From the IMG/VR virus record IMGVR_UViG_3300021492_000027: 64,000 nucleotides of DNA. One strand, written 5' to 3'. The translations under genes and the position numbers were made by a program. Below, piece by piece: positions 28,655-38,175 of the stretch (the first letter of the stretch is position 1; the number at the start of each line of letters is the position of its first letter). The DNA comes from a virus. The notes beneath the pieces were generated by a model. That model searched no databases. It was given only the letters and a program-made list of their open reading frames with translations, and had not been told where the DNA came from.

Positions 28655-29893
28655 ATGAAACACAAAATAATCTGCGGACATGTGCTGGATGTTCTGAAGA
28701 CATTGCAAGATGAGAGTGTTGATACGATTATTACCTCACCGCCATATTGGAAATTACGTTCTTACTTACCGGATAATCATCCTGACAAAGATAAAGAGAT
28801 AGGACAAGAGTCAACACTTGATGAATATATCTTACACCTATTAGAAGTAACACGGGAATTGAAGAGGGTTCTCAAAAAGACGGGTGTCATGTTTTGGAAC
28901 CACGATACTAATAAGCAGAACTTATGTGATAGTATGCAGAATTACAGGTTAGTTATCAAGATGATAGATGAGCAGGGTTGGTTAATGCCTAAAAAAGGAC
29001 CCATAATTTGGTTCAAACCTAACCACATGCCTGATAGTTTCAAACGAGGTTTTACACATAGTTACGAACCGGTTTTTATGTTAGTGAAAGACAGAAACTA
29101 TTGGTTTGATTTAGATGCAGTAAGAGTTCCTCATAAAGAATCGAGTAAGAAGAGGGTTCTAAGAGCAGTAAGCAATAAGCATAAGTATCTTAGTCATCCT
29201 GAATATAGTGGTGGCGGCGGCATAAATAAACCAAGACCAAATAGACGGAAGCTGTCTATAAATTTTTCTGACTTGTTTGGTGAATCAAATAAAGAGTATC
29301 ATAGAGAACAAAATATGGCAATTTCTCAATATCAATATGCAGAGGGGGACTATTTGGTAGTGAATCTTCATCCATCAGGAGCTAATCCGGGTGATGTGTG
29401 GAGTATTTCTAACCAGTCATTTTCAGGTGCGCATTTTGCTGTTTTTGGTGAGAGATTTGTGGAACCTCTAATTAAGGCAGCATGTCCACAATGGATATGT
29501 AAAAAATGTAAAAAACCAAGAGAAAGAATAGTACGGGTTCATAGACCATCTGATTATGATCCTTCTTGTGTAGCTGATTATGCTGATAAAGTTAATACTA
29601 ATTGGCATAATCGTCCAGTCTCAAAAATATTCAAAGATTCATTAAGGAGTAGGAGAGAGATTGTTGGCTGGACAGACTGCGGTTGTAGTGCAGGCTGGGA
29701 AGCAGGTGTGGTGCTCGACCCATTTGCAGGTAGGGGCACAGTTGGTATAGTAGCAGAGAAGTTAGGGCGGAATAGCATCCTGATAGACCTGAATAAAGAT
29801 TATTGTGAGATGGCATATCGAGGATTGAAACCCTTAGTAGCACAGAAGAAGCTAACAGGTGAAGAATCCATAATAGAGAAGATAGGATTTTAA
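28655..29893 (+). CDS. DNA methyltransferase, N4-C/N6-A, beta class, with Zn-binding insertion
   Basis: TSPPYW, HFAVF, CKKC...CGC insertion, DPFAGRGT. Confidence 0.9.
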   Translation: MKHKIICGHVLDVLKTLQDESVDTIITSPPYWKLRSYLPDNHPDKDKEIGQESTLDEYILHLLEVTRELKRVLKKTGVMFWNHDTNKQNLCDSMQNYRLVIKMIDEQGWLMPKKGPIIWFKPNHMPDSFKRGFTHSYEPVFMLVKDRNYWFDLDAVRVPHKESSKKRVLRAVSNKHKYLSHPEYSGGGGINKPRPNRRKLSINFSDLFGESNKEYHREQNMAISQYQYAEGDYLVVNLHPSGANPGDVWSISNQSFSGAHFAVFGERFVEPLIKAACPQWICKKCKKPRERIVRVHRPSDYDPSCVADYADKVNTNWHNRPVSKIFKDSLRSRREIVGWTDCGCSAGWEAGVVLDPFAGRGTVGIVAEKLGRNSILIDLNKDYCEMAYRGLKPLVAQKKLTGEESIIEKIGF

Positions 29894-29905
29894 AAATTAT
29901 AAAAA

Positions 29906-30049
29906 ATGAAATTAAACCTATGTCCTAAATGTAGTGTTCCTTTAATCAAAACAGAGAGCCAAAAAAAGCTCTCGCTATGGTGTCCCATATGTGGCTTTTA
30001 TACAGAACATTATAAAAATGAAAGCAATAATGAACAAAACGCATTATAG
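29906..30049 (+). CDS. Zn-ribbon microprotein (47 aa, absent from ORF track)
   Basis: CPKC...CPIC. Confidence 0.5.
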   Translation: MKLNLCPKCSVPLIKTESQKKLSLWCPICGFYTEHYKNESNNEQNAL

Positions 30050-30223
30050 CTATGAAGAGACCCCTATCCATTGTAGCATTTGCAGTACCCGCCTTTTCGC
30101 ATTAGCGAAATGCAGCAAACCAATCGGCAATATCAAGATTGTACAATTCCTCTGTCCTGTGTGTGATAAGGAACTACACTATGCGCTTCTTACACTTACA
30201 GGGCAAATCCATGAATAGCAAAA

Positions 30224-31015
30224 ATGAGCCTGAAGACATTAGATGACCTGCTCATAGATACAGCTACTATTGAGTCAATAAAACATGCAATCTCAGGCAC
30301 TAATTTCAAACTGCTCTTTTATGGCACATCAGGTGTTGGCAAGACCACACTTGCGTATATCATAGCGAACCTCAAGTCTTTGAATGTGATAGAGACCAAT
30401 ATGAGCGACGAGCGCACAATAGACGATTTAAAGAAATTAGAACAGCGTATCAATAACAAACCACTATTTGGTAACGGTAACTTGTTTCTATTCGATGAAA
30501 TAGACGGCATTAGAGATAGTAAGTTCTTTAACAAACTAAAAGATATAATCGAGAGTTCAATCCATCCGGTTATCCTAACATGCAACCGTATCTGGGTAAT
30601 CCCGTCATCATTAAAAAAAGTAGTGACATCAATAGAGATAAAACCATCACGAAGCAAGCTAAGGCATGAATTTGGGTTTAATGCCGATAACACAGATATT
30701 AGAGCAATCAAACTAATGAAAGATGCGGGCAGCGAAGGCTATGAACAACAAAACAATTTCCGTGATATAGAGTTGTTTTTTGATAGACGTGTTCCTGCAT
30801 CTGAGAAAGCCAAAATCCTTAATATGAGAAACATAGATATATGGCTGTTGGAGAACATCCCTGAGTTCAGTTGGGGCAGGCAGCTATACGAAAATTATCG
30901 TGTTTTGGCTATAAGTGACTTGACCAAATGCAGAGATGTTTTGTCTTTGGTTAAAGCTAACAAACATGGCACACCTAAGTTTCCGAGTTTGTTAATGAAA
31001 CGTAAGGTAACATGA
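30224..31015 (+). CDS. rfcL: Replication factor C large-subunit-like ATPase (short)
   Basis: YGTSGVGKTT, IETNMSDER, FDEIDG, PVILTCN. Confidence 0.75.
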   Translation: MSLKTLDDLLIDTATIESIKHAISGTNFKLLFYGTSGVGKTTLAYIIANLKSLNVIETNMSDERTIDDLKKLEQRINNKPLFGNGNLFLFDEIDGIRDSKFFNKLKDIIESSIHPVILTCNRIWVIPSSLKKVVTSIEIKPSRSKLRHEFGFNADNTDIRAIKLMKDAGSEGYEQQNNFRDIELFFDRRVPASEKAKILNMRNIDIWLLENIPEFSWGRQLYENYRVLAISDLTKCRDVLSLVKANKHGTPKFPSLLMKRKVT

Positions 31016-31021
31016 AAAGAA

Positions 31022-32275
31022 ATGGGGTTCATAGACATGTATGTGGACGAAATAACGCTCCGTACGGGTGCAGCAAAGAAGATAATCAAAGCAAACGCCA
31101 TATTCTTAGTTTCATCAGTCATTTGCGACAAGAATATACGAATAGCAACAGCAATAGGTGACCAGAAACCGAACCTATGGTTTTTTGTGGTTTCGCCTTC
31201 AGGCACAAGAAAAACAACAGTAGTCAAACGCTGGGGCTCAACACTTTTGTATCGTATCAACAAGAATATCGTTTTACCAGACGAGTTCACACCAGAAGCT
31301 TTATTTTCTGTCTTAACAACGAATGGTACTGATACTGAATATGATGGTAGTGCAACAGGCGCATACATAAAAGACGAAGCTTCTGGTTTTTTTGCGTCAT
31401 CACAACGTGACTATATGCTCGGAATAATGGAGAAGCTCAGTCAGGTCTATGACGGCGAGGACGTGAGCCGCGTAACAAAAGGTGGCGGACTTGAGGAAAT
31501 AATCAATCCATATCTAACAGTGATGATGTGCTCAACACCGTATATATACAAACTTTTTAGCGAATCTATGTTCAGACAAGGGTTTTTGAATCGTTTCCTT
31601 TACATAGTTGTTAACGACCGCCCGAATTTTGCAAACTTGCACATGCTCGATGGCTATAAATCTTATAAAAGTGTTAGGGACAAGCTAATAAATGAGCTTT
31701 TTCTTATCCGCAACCTGCCTGATAACATTGTATGTATGGTATCGCCCTCTATTGAGGACTTGATGAACCAATATAGACGCAAAATATACGATGAAGTAGC
31801 CAAATTAGAAAGTGATAGCTTTGTGCCGGACTATTTTTTTCGGTTATGCGATTCTCAAGTTCTCAAATTAGCAACGATATTTGAGATAGATGCGTCCTAT
31901 CAAAAACTATCAGAAGAGCAGTCATTACCTGTGATAGGCGAAGATATGATTTTGCCTATGCGGTTCGAGTCTATGCGTAAAGCGATTAGCTATGCCGAAG
32001 CACGCAAAAACGATTATTTACGGTTAGTATACGAATTCATGCAACAAACCCAGGAACGTGAGATATATACTCACAAAAAAGAAATAGAACGATGCTATAC
32101 AAAAATCAAGGATGCAGGTAGCGCTGGTATAACAAGAAAAGACCTGATAAGGGGTTTGCAATGGCACGCTGATTTTCTCGACAAGGTAATCAATACACTC
32201 CTTCAATCAGAGCGTATAAAACTCCGTATAAAAAAGACCAAAACCAAGCGTACAGTGATTTACTATGCCGAATAG
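31022..32275 (+). CDS. DUF3987/YfjI-like P-loop NTPase (putative helicase) with C-terminal wHTH
   Basis: SPSGTRKTT, DEA, VYDG, QGFLNRF; C-terminal ITRKDL...LLQSERI. Confidence 0.65.
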   Translation: MGFIDMYVDEITLRTGAAKKIIKANAIFLVSSVICDKNIRIATAIGDQKPNLWFFVVSPSGTRKTTVVKRWGSTLLYRINKNIVLPDEFTPEALFSVLTTNGTDTEYDGSATGAYIKDEASGFFASSQRDYMLGIMEKLSQVYDGEDVSRVTKGGGLEEIINPYLTVMMCSTPYIYKLFSESMFRQGFLNRFLYIVVNDRPNFANLHMLDGYKSYKSVRDKLINELFLIRNLPDNIVCMVSPSIEDLMNQYRRKIYDEVAKLESDSFVPDYFFRLCDSQVLKLATIFEIDASYQKLSEEQSLPVIGEDMILPMRFESMRKAISYAEARKNDYLRLVYEFMQQTQEREIYTHKKEIERCYTKIKDAGSAGITRKDLIRGLQWHADFLDKVINTLLQSERIKLRIKKTKTKRTVIYYAE

Positions 32276-32289
32276 CAAATTCGTCTTAT

Positions 32290-33010
32290 TTTTAGCTTCA
32301 AAACAAAAATTCCGAGATGAATTGAGCAAAAAACCGCTATTTCTCTTTTCATATTGCTCTATTTTTGACTTTACGTTTTCCGCTCTGAGGGCTTCTTTTC
32401 AGAACTCAATTTTCAAAACTCTATTTACTGAAATAACCTAAAATAGCGGTTTTTGAAATTTTCAGTAATACTGAGGCATTAGGTTACCCAAACATTTTTA
32501 AAGCTCGCTCCTATCTTTATTTCCCTTGTTTTGAATGCTCTTAATTCCAAACAAAAATTCCGAGATGGATAGCGATTAATAAGCCTTATACTCCTCTCTG
32601 ATAGCCCCATTTTCGACTTTACGTTTTTTTGTTTTAGCGCTTCTTTTCCAATTTCGACATATACCAATGCTTATTTAGCGAATTAAACCTCTCTAATATC
32701 TTCTTCAAAAAATTTTTTCAATCCAGCCACTCTCAGAGCTCCAATTACCCAAAAGGGCTATCCACACAAGTTAGTTCACAACTGAAATAGTTCAAATAGT
32801 TCAATAGTTCATTATTATTATATTATATAATATTATATATAATAAGTTATTTTATTACAACGAAGCCTTCTCAGGGGTTTTTCATTTAGTGAAGGTATTG
32901 AACTTTTTGAACTATTTTCCACCATCTCTCCGAGCTTCTTTGGTATATTTCGAGCTCGGAGAATGCCCCAATCGGCACTTTTTGAAGGAAGAAAGTTCAA
33001 TTGAACTATT
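32290..33010. repeat. Non-coding repeat region, candidate replication origin
   Basis: Three motifs recur at a 248-bp spacing; clustered (A)TAGTTCA(A) repeats in both orientations; AT-only tract near 32812-32845. Confidence 0.55.
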
Positions 33011-33900
33011 TCAACCCTTGAATTAGCATGATTTTTAATACACAATAACAACTATCATAAGATTATTATGACAAAAAGAATTGAGCCTACAAAGCGTCAG
33101 AAGCGTCAATTTGCTAAGGGGTTCTGGTGGAGCAGACGCGAGCACAACTTTGAACGCTACACTACATGGTTCTTAGTGATAGGGTTCATGTTCTTAGTTG
33201 CGGGATTGTTAGGCAGACGGATATGGCAGTTAGTTTCAATACCGATTTTGGGATTAGCGATATTCTTTAAATTGCTTGCGGGTTTTGCACATAGGATGGA
33301 AAAGCATTACAACGATAAGCTGAGATACGGGAGATGGAAGAAAAGGAGGTGAAAAGTAAGTAACATAAAATGATAGAAGAAAGAAAATTAAAGGAAATAG
33401 AGAAAATGTTAGAGAAACATGGAATAAGGGATTACAATATCACTATTAAAGATGGAGAAGTATTCATAGATTTCTTTAAGAGAGTCACATTTCAACCTAA
33501 TTGTGAATTAGAAGAGGATATATATGAAGAGCTTGTAAAGCGATTTGCGAGAGAAAAAAATGAAAGAAAGAGGATAAAATGACACCACGACAAAAAGCAT
33601 ATCTAAAAAACTGGATGCGAGAGCAAGTTCGGTATGAACCTAATATGCATCATAGAATCCCCGATCTCCTTTTTAAAACTATTTTAATCTATGGTGTTTC
33701 TCTTAATATGGCAAAACAAGTTTTTCTTGAAATATCGAAAGAGGAAAATGTTCATTTAATACCAATCAGCACGATGTGGTTAGAAGGGGCAAGTAACTTA
33801 GAGGGTAAGCGAGGGCTAAAAAGGAAATTAAAATGGTATCCGCTTGTAAATGGTGCATATAGATCACATTATTACTATGAAAAAGAAAGGAGGTGAAAGA

Positions 33901-34356
33901 ATGAAATTTTTGTATATCACGATACAGCGTGAAAGTGGCTTGAATAATGTTCTGTACCTCTATGGACGTAACAAAAGAGGCAAATATAAGTTTGTAATAG
34001 ACGATTTCTATCCCTATTTCTTTATTCTGGCTAATAAATTGCAAAAAATTGAATCATTAAAGCGTTATGAGTTAAATCATCCATCGGAGCACGATTATTT
34101 GAAATTCGTAAATAGTATTCGTAACATAAGAAACGGATTTAAGTCGCTATATGATGAGCCACTTGTTCGTATAGAGATGCAGGCACCGTGGCAGGTTGCC
34201 AAATTCAGGAGCTTTTTTAGTAGGACATACGAAGCGGATATAATTTTTGAACGCAGGTTTCTAATAGATACGGGCATAAAGAAAGGCTTTGAGATTAAGA
34301 GCTCTAACATAACAGATAATATGCGAGTTTCATATAGGAATATTAGAGGATATTAG
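33901..34356 (+). CDS. Stand-alone N-terminal domain of family B DNA polymerase
   Basis: LYLYGRN...DDFYPYFF...YEADIIFERRFLIDTGI matches the archaeal PolB NTD. Confidence 0.8.
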   Translation: MKFLYITIQRESGLNNVLYLYGRNKRGKYKFVIDDFYPYFFILANKLQKIESLKRYELNHPSEHDYLKFVNSIRNIRNGFKSLYDEPLVRIEMQAPWQVAKFRSFFSRTYEADIIFERRFLIDTGIKKGFEIKSSNITDNMRVSYRNIRGY

Positions 34357-34365
34357 CGCACAAAA

Positions 34366-34695
34366 ATGATAAATAGCAAAATAATTGTATGTGTGGGTAT
34401 AGTGGTTGTTTTAGTAGTGCTTTTTGTTGTAATTTACTTAGTGCCAGATAAATGGATTTACCCTACCGAGGTAATAAATACTTTTGAGGCATGTAACTGG
34501 TGTAAAAACAACTGTTCGCATTATTATGAGCACTGTTCTATTTGTGTTGATGGTGGAACTTGTTGTGCATGTGTTGATTATTACCGAAGTCATTTCAATT
34601 TAACACAAGAAGCTTTCCCGTGTTATTGTTGGCATTCTAATGAATCTCCACCAACGAAGTTGGAATGGTTATTTAAGAACATAAAAGTGTTTTAA
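34366..34695 (+). CDS. Membrane-anchored Cys-rich protein
   Basis: N-terminal TM helix then a cluster of about ten Cys (CNWC...CSIC...CCAC...CYC). Confidence 0.55.
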   Translation: MINSKIIVCVGIVVVLVVLFVVIYLVPDKWIYPTEVINTFEACNWCKNNCSHYYEHCSICVDGGTCCACVDYYRSHFNLTQEAFPCYCWHSNESPPTKLEWLFKNIKVF

Positions 34696-35001
34696 AAATG
34701 AAGCGTTCAACAAAAAAGCCTACTCTATACTTTATTTTTAGTTATGATAAGCTATCAAAAGAAATAGATTTAACAATCTCAGTTAACGAAAAATTAGAAG
34801 ACATAGAGCGGTTTATATCATATATTGACTTCATTATGGATAATAAATCTGATATTGTAGACCTTACGGATATTATTGAGACATATTACACTATGTTAGA
34901 GGATTATCGTGCGCTAAAAGAAATTATTGTTAGTGAGTTAGGTTTGAATGTCTTAGTGATTATAGAAAAAAGCAGGTATTTCAAAAAGCAAAAGAGGGCA
35001 C

Positions 35002-35184
35002 ATGGGCATATCTAATCTAATAAAAATGACCAATATATGCAAAGTTTGTAATGGTAAAGGAGAAGTAGTAGTGTCATGTTTAATTACAAAAGACAGTAAA
35101 TATATACCAATAAAGGTTTTTAGGTGCGTGGCATGCGGAGGTAGTGGAGTAAAGAATGACAGCACTGAAGAAGCTTTATCTTGA
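35002..35184 (+). CDS. Small DnaJ-type zinc-finger protein
   Basis: CKVCNGKG...CVACGGSG. Confidence 0.55.
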   Translation: MGISNLIKMTNICKVCNGKGEVVVSCLITKDSKYIPIKVFRCVACGGSGVKNDSTEEALS

Positions 35185-37171
35185 TATAGAAGTTTGTAAC
35201 CCTCCTAACAAGTTTCCGTTCGCAGACAAAGCCGCATATCCTGTAATAGCGATAACAATCTTTGATGCATTAGAAAATCGTTTCTATTCGTTTTTAGTTG
35301 CTGATGCTGATATAGCACCAAAATCAAATAACTGGCGTGTAAGTGTTTTAAGTAGTGAACGAGCGATGCTAACATATTTCAAACGCAAATTTGAGCAAAT
35401 AGACCCTGATGTGATATTAGCATGGAACATAGCATTTGACTATTTGTATATCCAGAACCGATTGAAACGGCTCGGTATAGAACCAATAGAAGAGCGGTTC
35501 CAGATACTCGATCTACTTGGTGCTTATAAACAAGTGAAAAAAGGCGGCGTGTCCAGCTACAATCTCAAAGATGTTGAGCGTCAAGAGGGCATAAAACGCA
35601 AATTACCTGAAAGTATAGCGAAAGACATACGAGAGTTTTATGAAGCGGGAGAATTTCGTCATATTCTTCTATACAACAAAGAGGATGTTGATGGCATAGT
35701 GAAACTTGATAATAAGCTTCAGCTCAGTCGGTTCTTCTTACACTTACGTGAGGTAATAGGCTTAGAACGGTTTGTACGTGGAATTAATGAGGGTAAGAGT
35801 CAAACATGGCAGATTTTCCATAATAGTGTGTTAGTTGATACTTTTATGTTTTTTTTATTGAAGCACAAAAACATCATTTTGCCAACAAAAGGACGCTATC
35901 AAAGCCAAAGTAAGGGTTCACAATACAAAGGTGCGATAGTTTTTGCGTCAGATCCTGGCATATATACCAATGTAGCCAACCTTGACATGTCGAAATTCTA
36001 TCCTTCGATTTTGTTGAGTTTGAACCTCAGTCCTGAGATAACCAAAGAGAATGCCAATCGTCAAGGTATTATCCCATTTCTGTTAAGTCATTTGATTGAA
36101 GAGCGTACCAAGATAGAAACCGAACGTGCTAAATACGATCCGCAAAGTGCACAGTACCGTACCCTAACCGATAAACGTCAAGTGATAAAAGAGCTAATAA
36201 ATAGCGTATATGGGTTTGTAGCGTTCAAGGGTTCGAGGTTATACTCAGATATAGGAGCGAAAGTGACAGAAATAGGACGCAAAGGTTTGAATTTTGTTAG
36301 GCAAGAAGCGGAGTGTCACGGTATGAAGGTCATTTATGGCGATACAGACGGTATTTTTTGTGTAGTGCAAGACGGCACAACCCATGAGCAGATAGCTGAA
36401 ATAGCAAATGAGATAACACACAAGTTTGATGCCTTTTTTGAGAGCTTAGAGCCATTCACACAAACTCATTATTTCAAACTCGATTACGATTTGTTTTTCT
36501 CTAAATTGTTGCTATTAACAAAGAAACGCTATGCAGGGTTAGTGACTTATGAAGATGGCAAGTCCGTCAATTACATAAAAACAAGAGGCATAGAGACAAG
36601 ACGTGGCAATGCGCCATTATTAACCAAACGTCTCCAAGAGAGAGTGCTTGAGTATATCTTCAATGGTAACATAGATGCTATATCGCCCTTAATTAAGAAA
36701 CTCAGAGATGTGATATACGGGTTTGAATTCAATGGCAAAAACTATCATGTAGTGGACGCAATGGCGATACCCATGGGCTTACAACAGCCACTGAACTACT
36801 ATGGTGGGGTTGATAAGAACGGCAACAAAAAGGGTATCCCGCCACATGTCAGAGCTGCTGTAATAGCGAACAGGTTCTTAGGCAAGAATTTCGATTATGG
36901 TAGCAAGATCAAGACATTATATGTCCGTTCAATGCGATTACTTGAGCCAGTGGTATTGCCAAGTGGCGAGAAGATAACCATGACAGATGTGATAGGCTAT
37001 GAAGATGTATCAGAGCTTGTCCGTTATAAGAAGTTAGCGGAACGAGCTGGCGCGGAGCTATTACTCGATAAGGATAGAATGTTCAATGTTGTTGTGAGTG
37101 ATAAAATCCAGCCAATTTTGGATGCAATAGACGATAACTCTATAAAGCAAAAAAGTATTTTAGAGTGGTAA
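35156..37171 (+). CDS. polB: Family B DNA polymerase (exonuclease + polymerase, no NTD)
   Basis: YLDIE, AWNIAFD, YNKED, DMSKFYPS, KELINSVYG, YGDTDG, KKRYAG; C-terminal PIP-like QKSILEW. Confidence 0.95.
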   Translation: MTALKKLYLDIEVCNPPNKFPFADKAAYPVIAITIFDALENRFYSFLVADADIAPKSNNWRVSVLSSERAMLTYFKRKFEQIDPDVILAWNIAFDYLYIQNRLKRLGIEPIEERFQILDLLGAYKQVKKGGVSSYNLKDVERQEGIKRKLPESIAKDIREFYEAGEFRHILLYNKEDVDGIVKLDNKLQLSRFFLHLREVIGLERFVRGINEGKSQTWQIFHNSVLVDTFMFFLLKHKNIILPTKGRYQSQSKGSQYKGAIVFASDPGIYTNVANLDMSKFYPSILLSLNLSPEITKENANRQGIIPFLLSHLIEERTKIETERAKYDPQSAQYRTLTDKRQVIKELINSVYGFVAFKGSRLYSDIGAKVTEIGRKGLNFVRQEAECHGMKVIYGDTDGIFCVVQDGTTHEQIAEIANEITHKFDAFFESLEPFTQTHYFKLDYDLFFSKLLLLTKKRYAGLVTYEDGKSVNYIKTRGIETRRGNAPLLTKRLQERVLEYIFNGNIDAISPLIKKLRDVIYGFEFNGKNYHVVDAMAIPMGLQQPLNYYGGVDKNGNKKGIPPHVRAAVIANRFLGKNFDYGSKIKTLYVRSMRLLEPVVLPSGEKITMTDVIGYEDVSELVRYKKLAERAGAELLLDKDRMFNVVVSDKIQPILDAIDDNSIKQKSILEW

Positions 37172-37177
37172 GATGAT

Positions 37178-37486
37178 ATGAGTACTCAACAAAAAGGATG
37201 GAAGCATGAGCATGAAGTAGTGAAGCTTTTAGAGCAAGAGAATTATGAAGTGTACAGACCACAAAAAGTCAGATTTTATGGCAGTCAGGACATCTTCGGT
37301 CTTTTTGATATAATAGCTATAAAAGCCGATAGATTGAAATTCATACAGGTAAAAACAGGCAGTACTCAGGGCTTTCTCAAAAAGTTATATGCATGGCGTG
37401 AAGCCCATCCTGTTACGGTAGTGGAATGGCAGCTATGGGTGAGAATGGATGCCCGTAAATACAAACAAAAATGGCGTGTGTTTTAA
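37178..37486 (+). CDS. hjc: Hjc-like Holliday junction resolvase
   Basis: KGWKHEHEVVKLL, FDIIAIK, FIQVKTG. Confidence 0.75.
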   Translation: MSTQQKGWKHEHEVVKLLEQENYEVYRPQKVRFYGSQDIFGLFDIIAIKADRLKFIQVKTGSTQGFLKKLYAWREAHPVTVVEWQLWVRMDARKYKQKWRVF

Positions 37487-37692
37487 ATAAAAAATCATAA
37501 AATGAACATATTTTATGATTTCTATCTAAAGCGACGCGAAGAGTTGATAAAAAGAGGTCTATCAGTTTATGAAGCTACGAGAATCGCTTATAACGAAGCT
37601 ACGGGTTTTTATACCAAAAGTTTATTGAATTTGTCCAGTCCAAAGCAAAGTTTTATATTAAAAGAAATTTAATGTATAAGTAAGTGATAAAT

Positions 37693-37938
37693 ATGGGTGA
37701 GAGGGTAAAAGACAAAAACAATTTTGTAAAAATAACTCGCGAACCGGGTTATTTGTATTTTGTTAAGGGCGATCCGTTGTGTATATACCGAACGAAGATG
37801 CAGCACAAGGGCAGAACACGATCAGAACAGCCGAGCAAATTAGTCAAGCGAACAAGCGTATCAAGAAAGCAGGGCTATATGTATTACATAGACTCTTCGG
37901 GGTATTTAGCACGTGCGAAACGAGCACGAAAGAGGTGA
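37693..37938 (+). CDS. Cc1-like small chromatin protein
   Basis: Two internal repeats, TREPGYLYFVKG..IYRTKM and SRKQGYMYYIDSSGYLARAK, resembling the KRExGYLYxVDKDG repeat of Thermoproteales Cc1 (from memory). Confidence 0.6.
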   Translation: MGERVKDKNNFVKITREPGYLYFVKGDPLCIYRTKMQHKGRTRSEQPSKLVKRTSVSRKQGYMYYIDSSGYLARAKRARKR

Positions 37939-37947
37939 TGCATACGG

Positions 37948-38172
37948 ATGCGGTATGTAAGCCTATACACAGAAAATGGCGGTGTGGATATAGGCAAGAT
38001 AGATGATAGAGGTATGCTTATATGGCGCAGAGGCATAAACATCCTCCATAGAAATCCAGAGATAAGAGATAAGGTTTTGAGACGCGATGTGCTAAGGATA
38101 GTGAAGGACGATGGCAAATCCTATAAGCAGCGATTTAGGGGTTTAATAACTTCATTAAAGGAGGTGATGTAA
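37948..38172 (+). CDS. Small basic protein, paralogue family A, copy 3
   Basis: MRYVSLYTENGGVDIGKIDDRGMLIWRRG...RIVKDDGKSYKQ. Confidence 0.75.
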   Translation: MRYVSLYTENGGVDIGKIDDRGMLIWRRGINILHRNPEIRDKVLRRDVLRIVKDDGKSYKQRFRGLITSLKEVM

Positions 38173-38175
38173 AAT

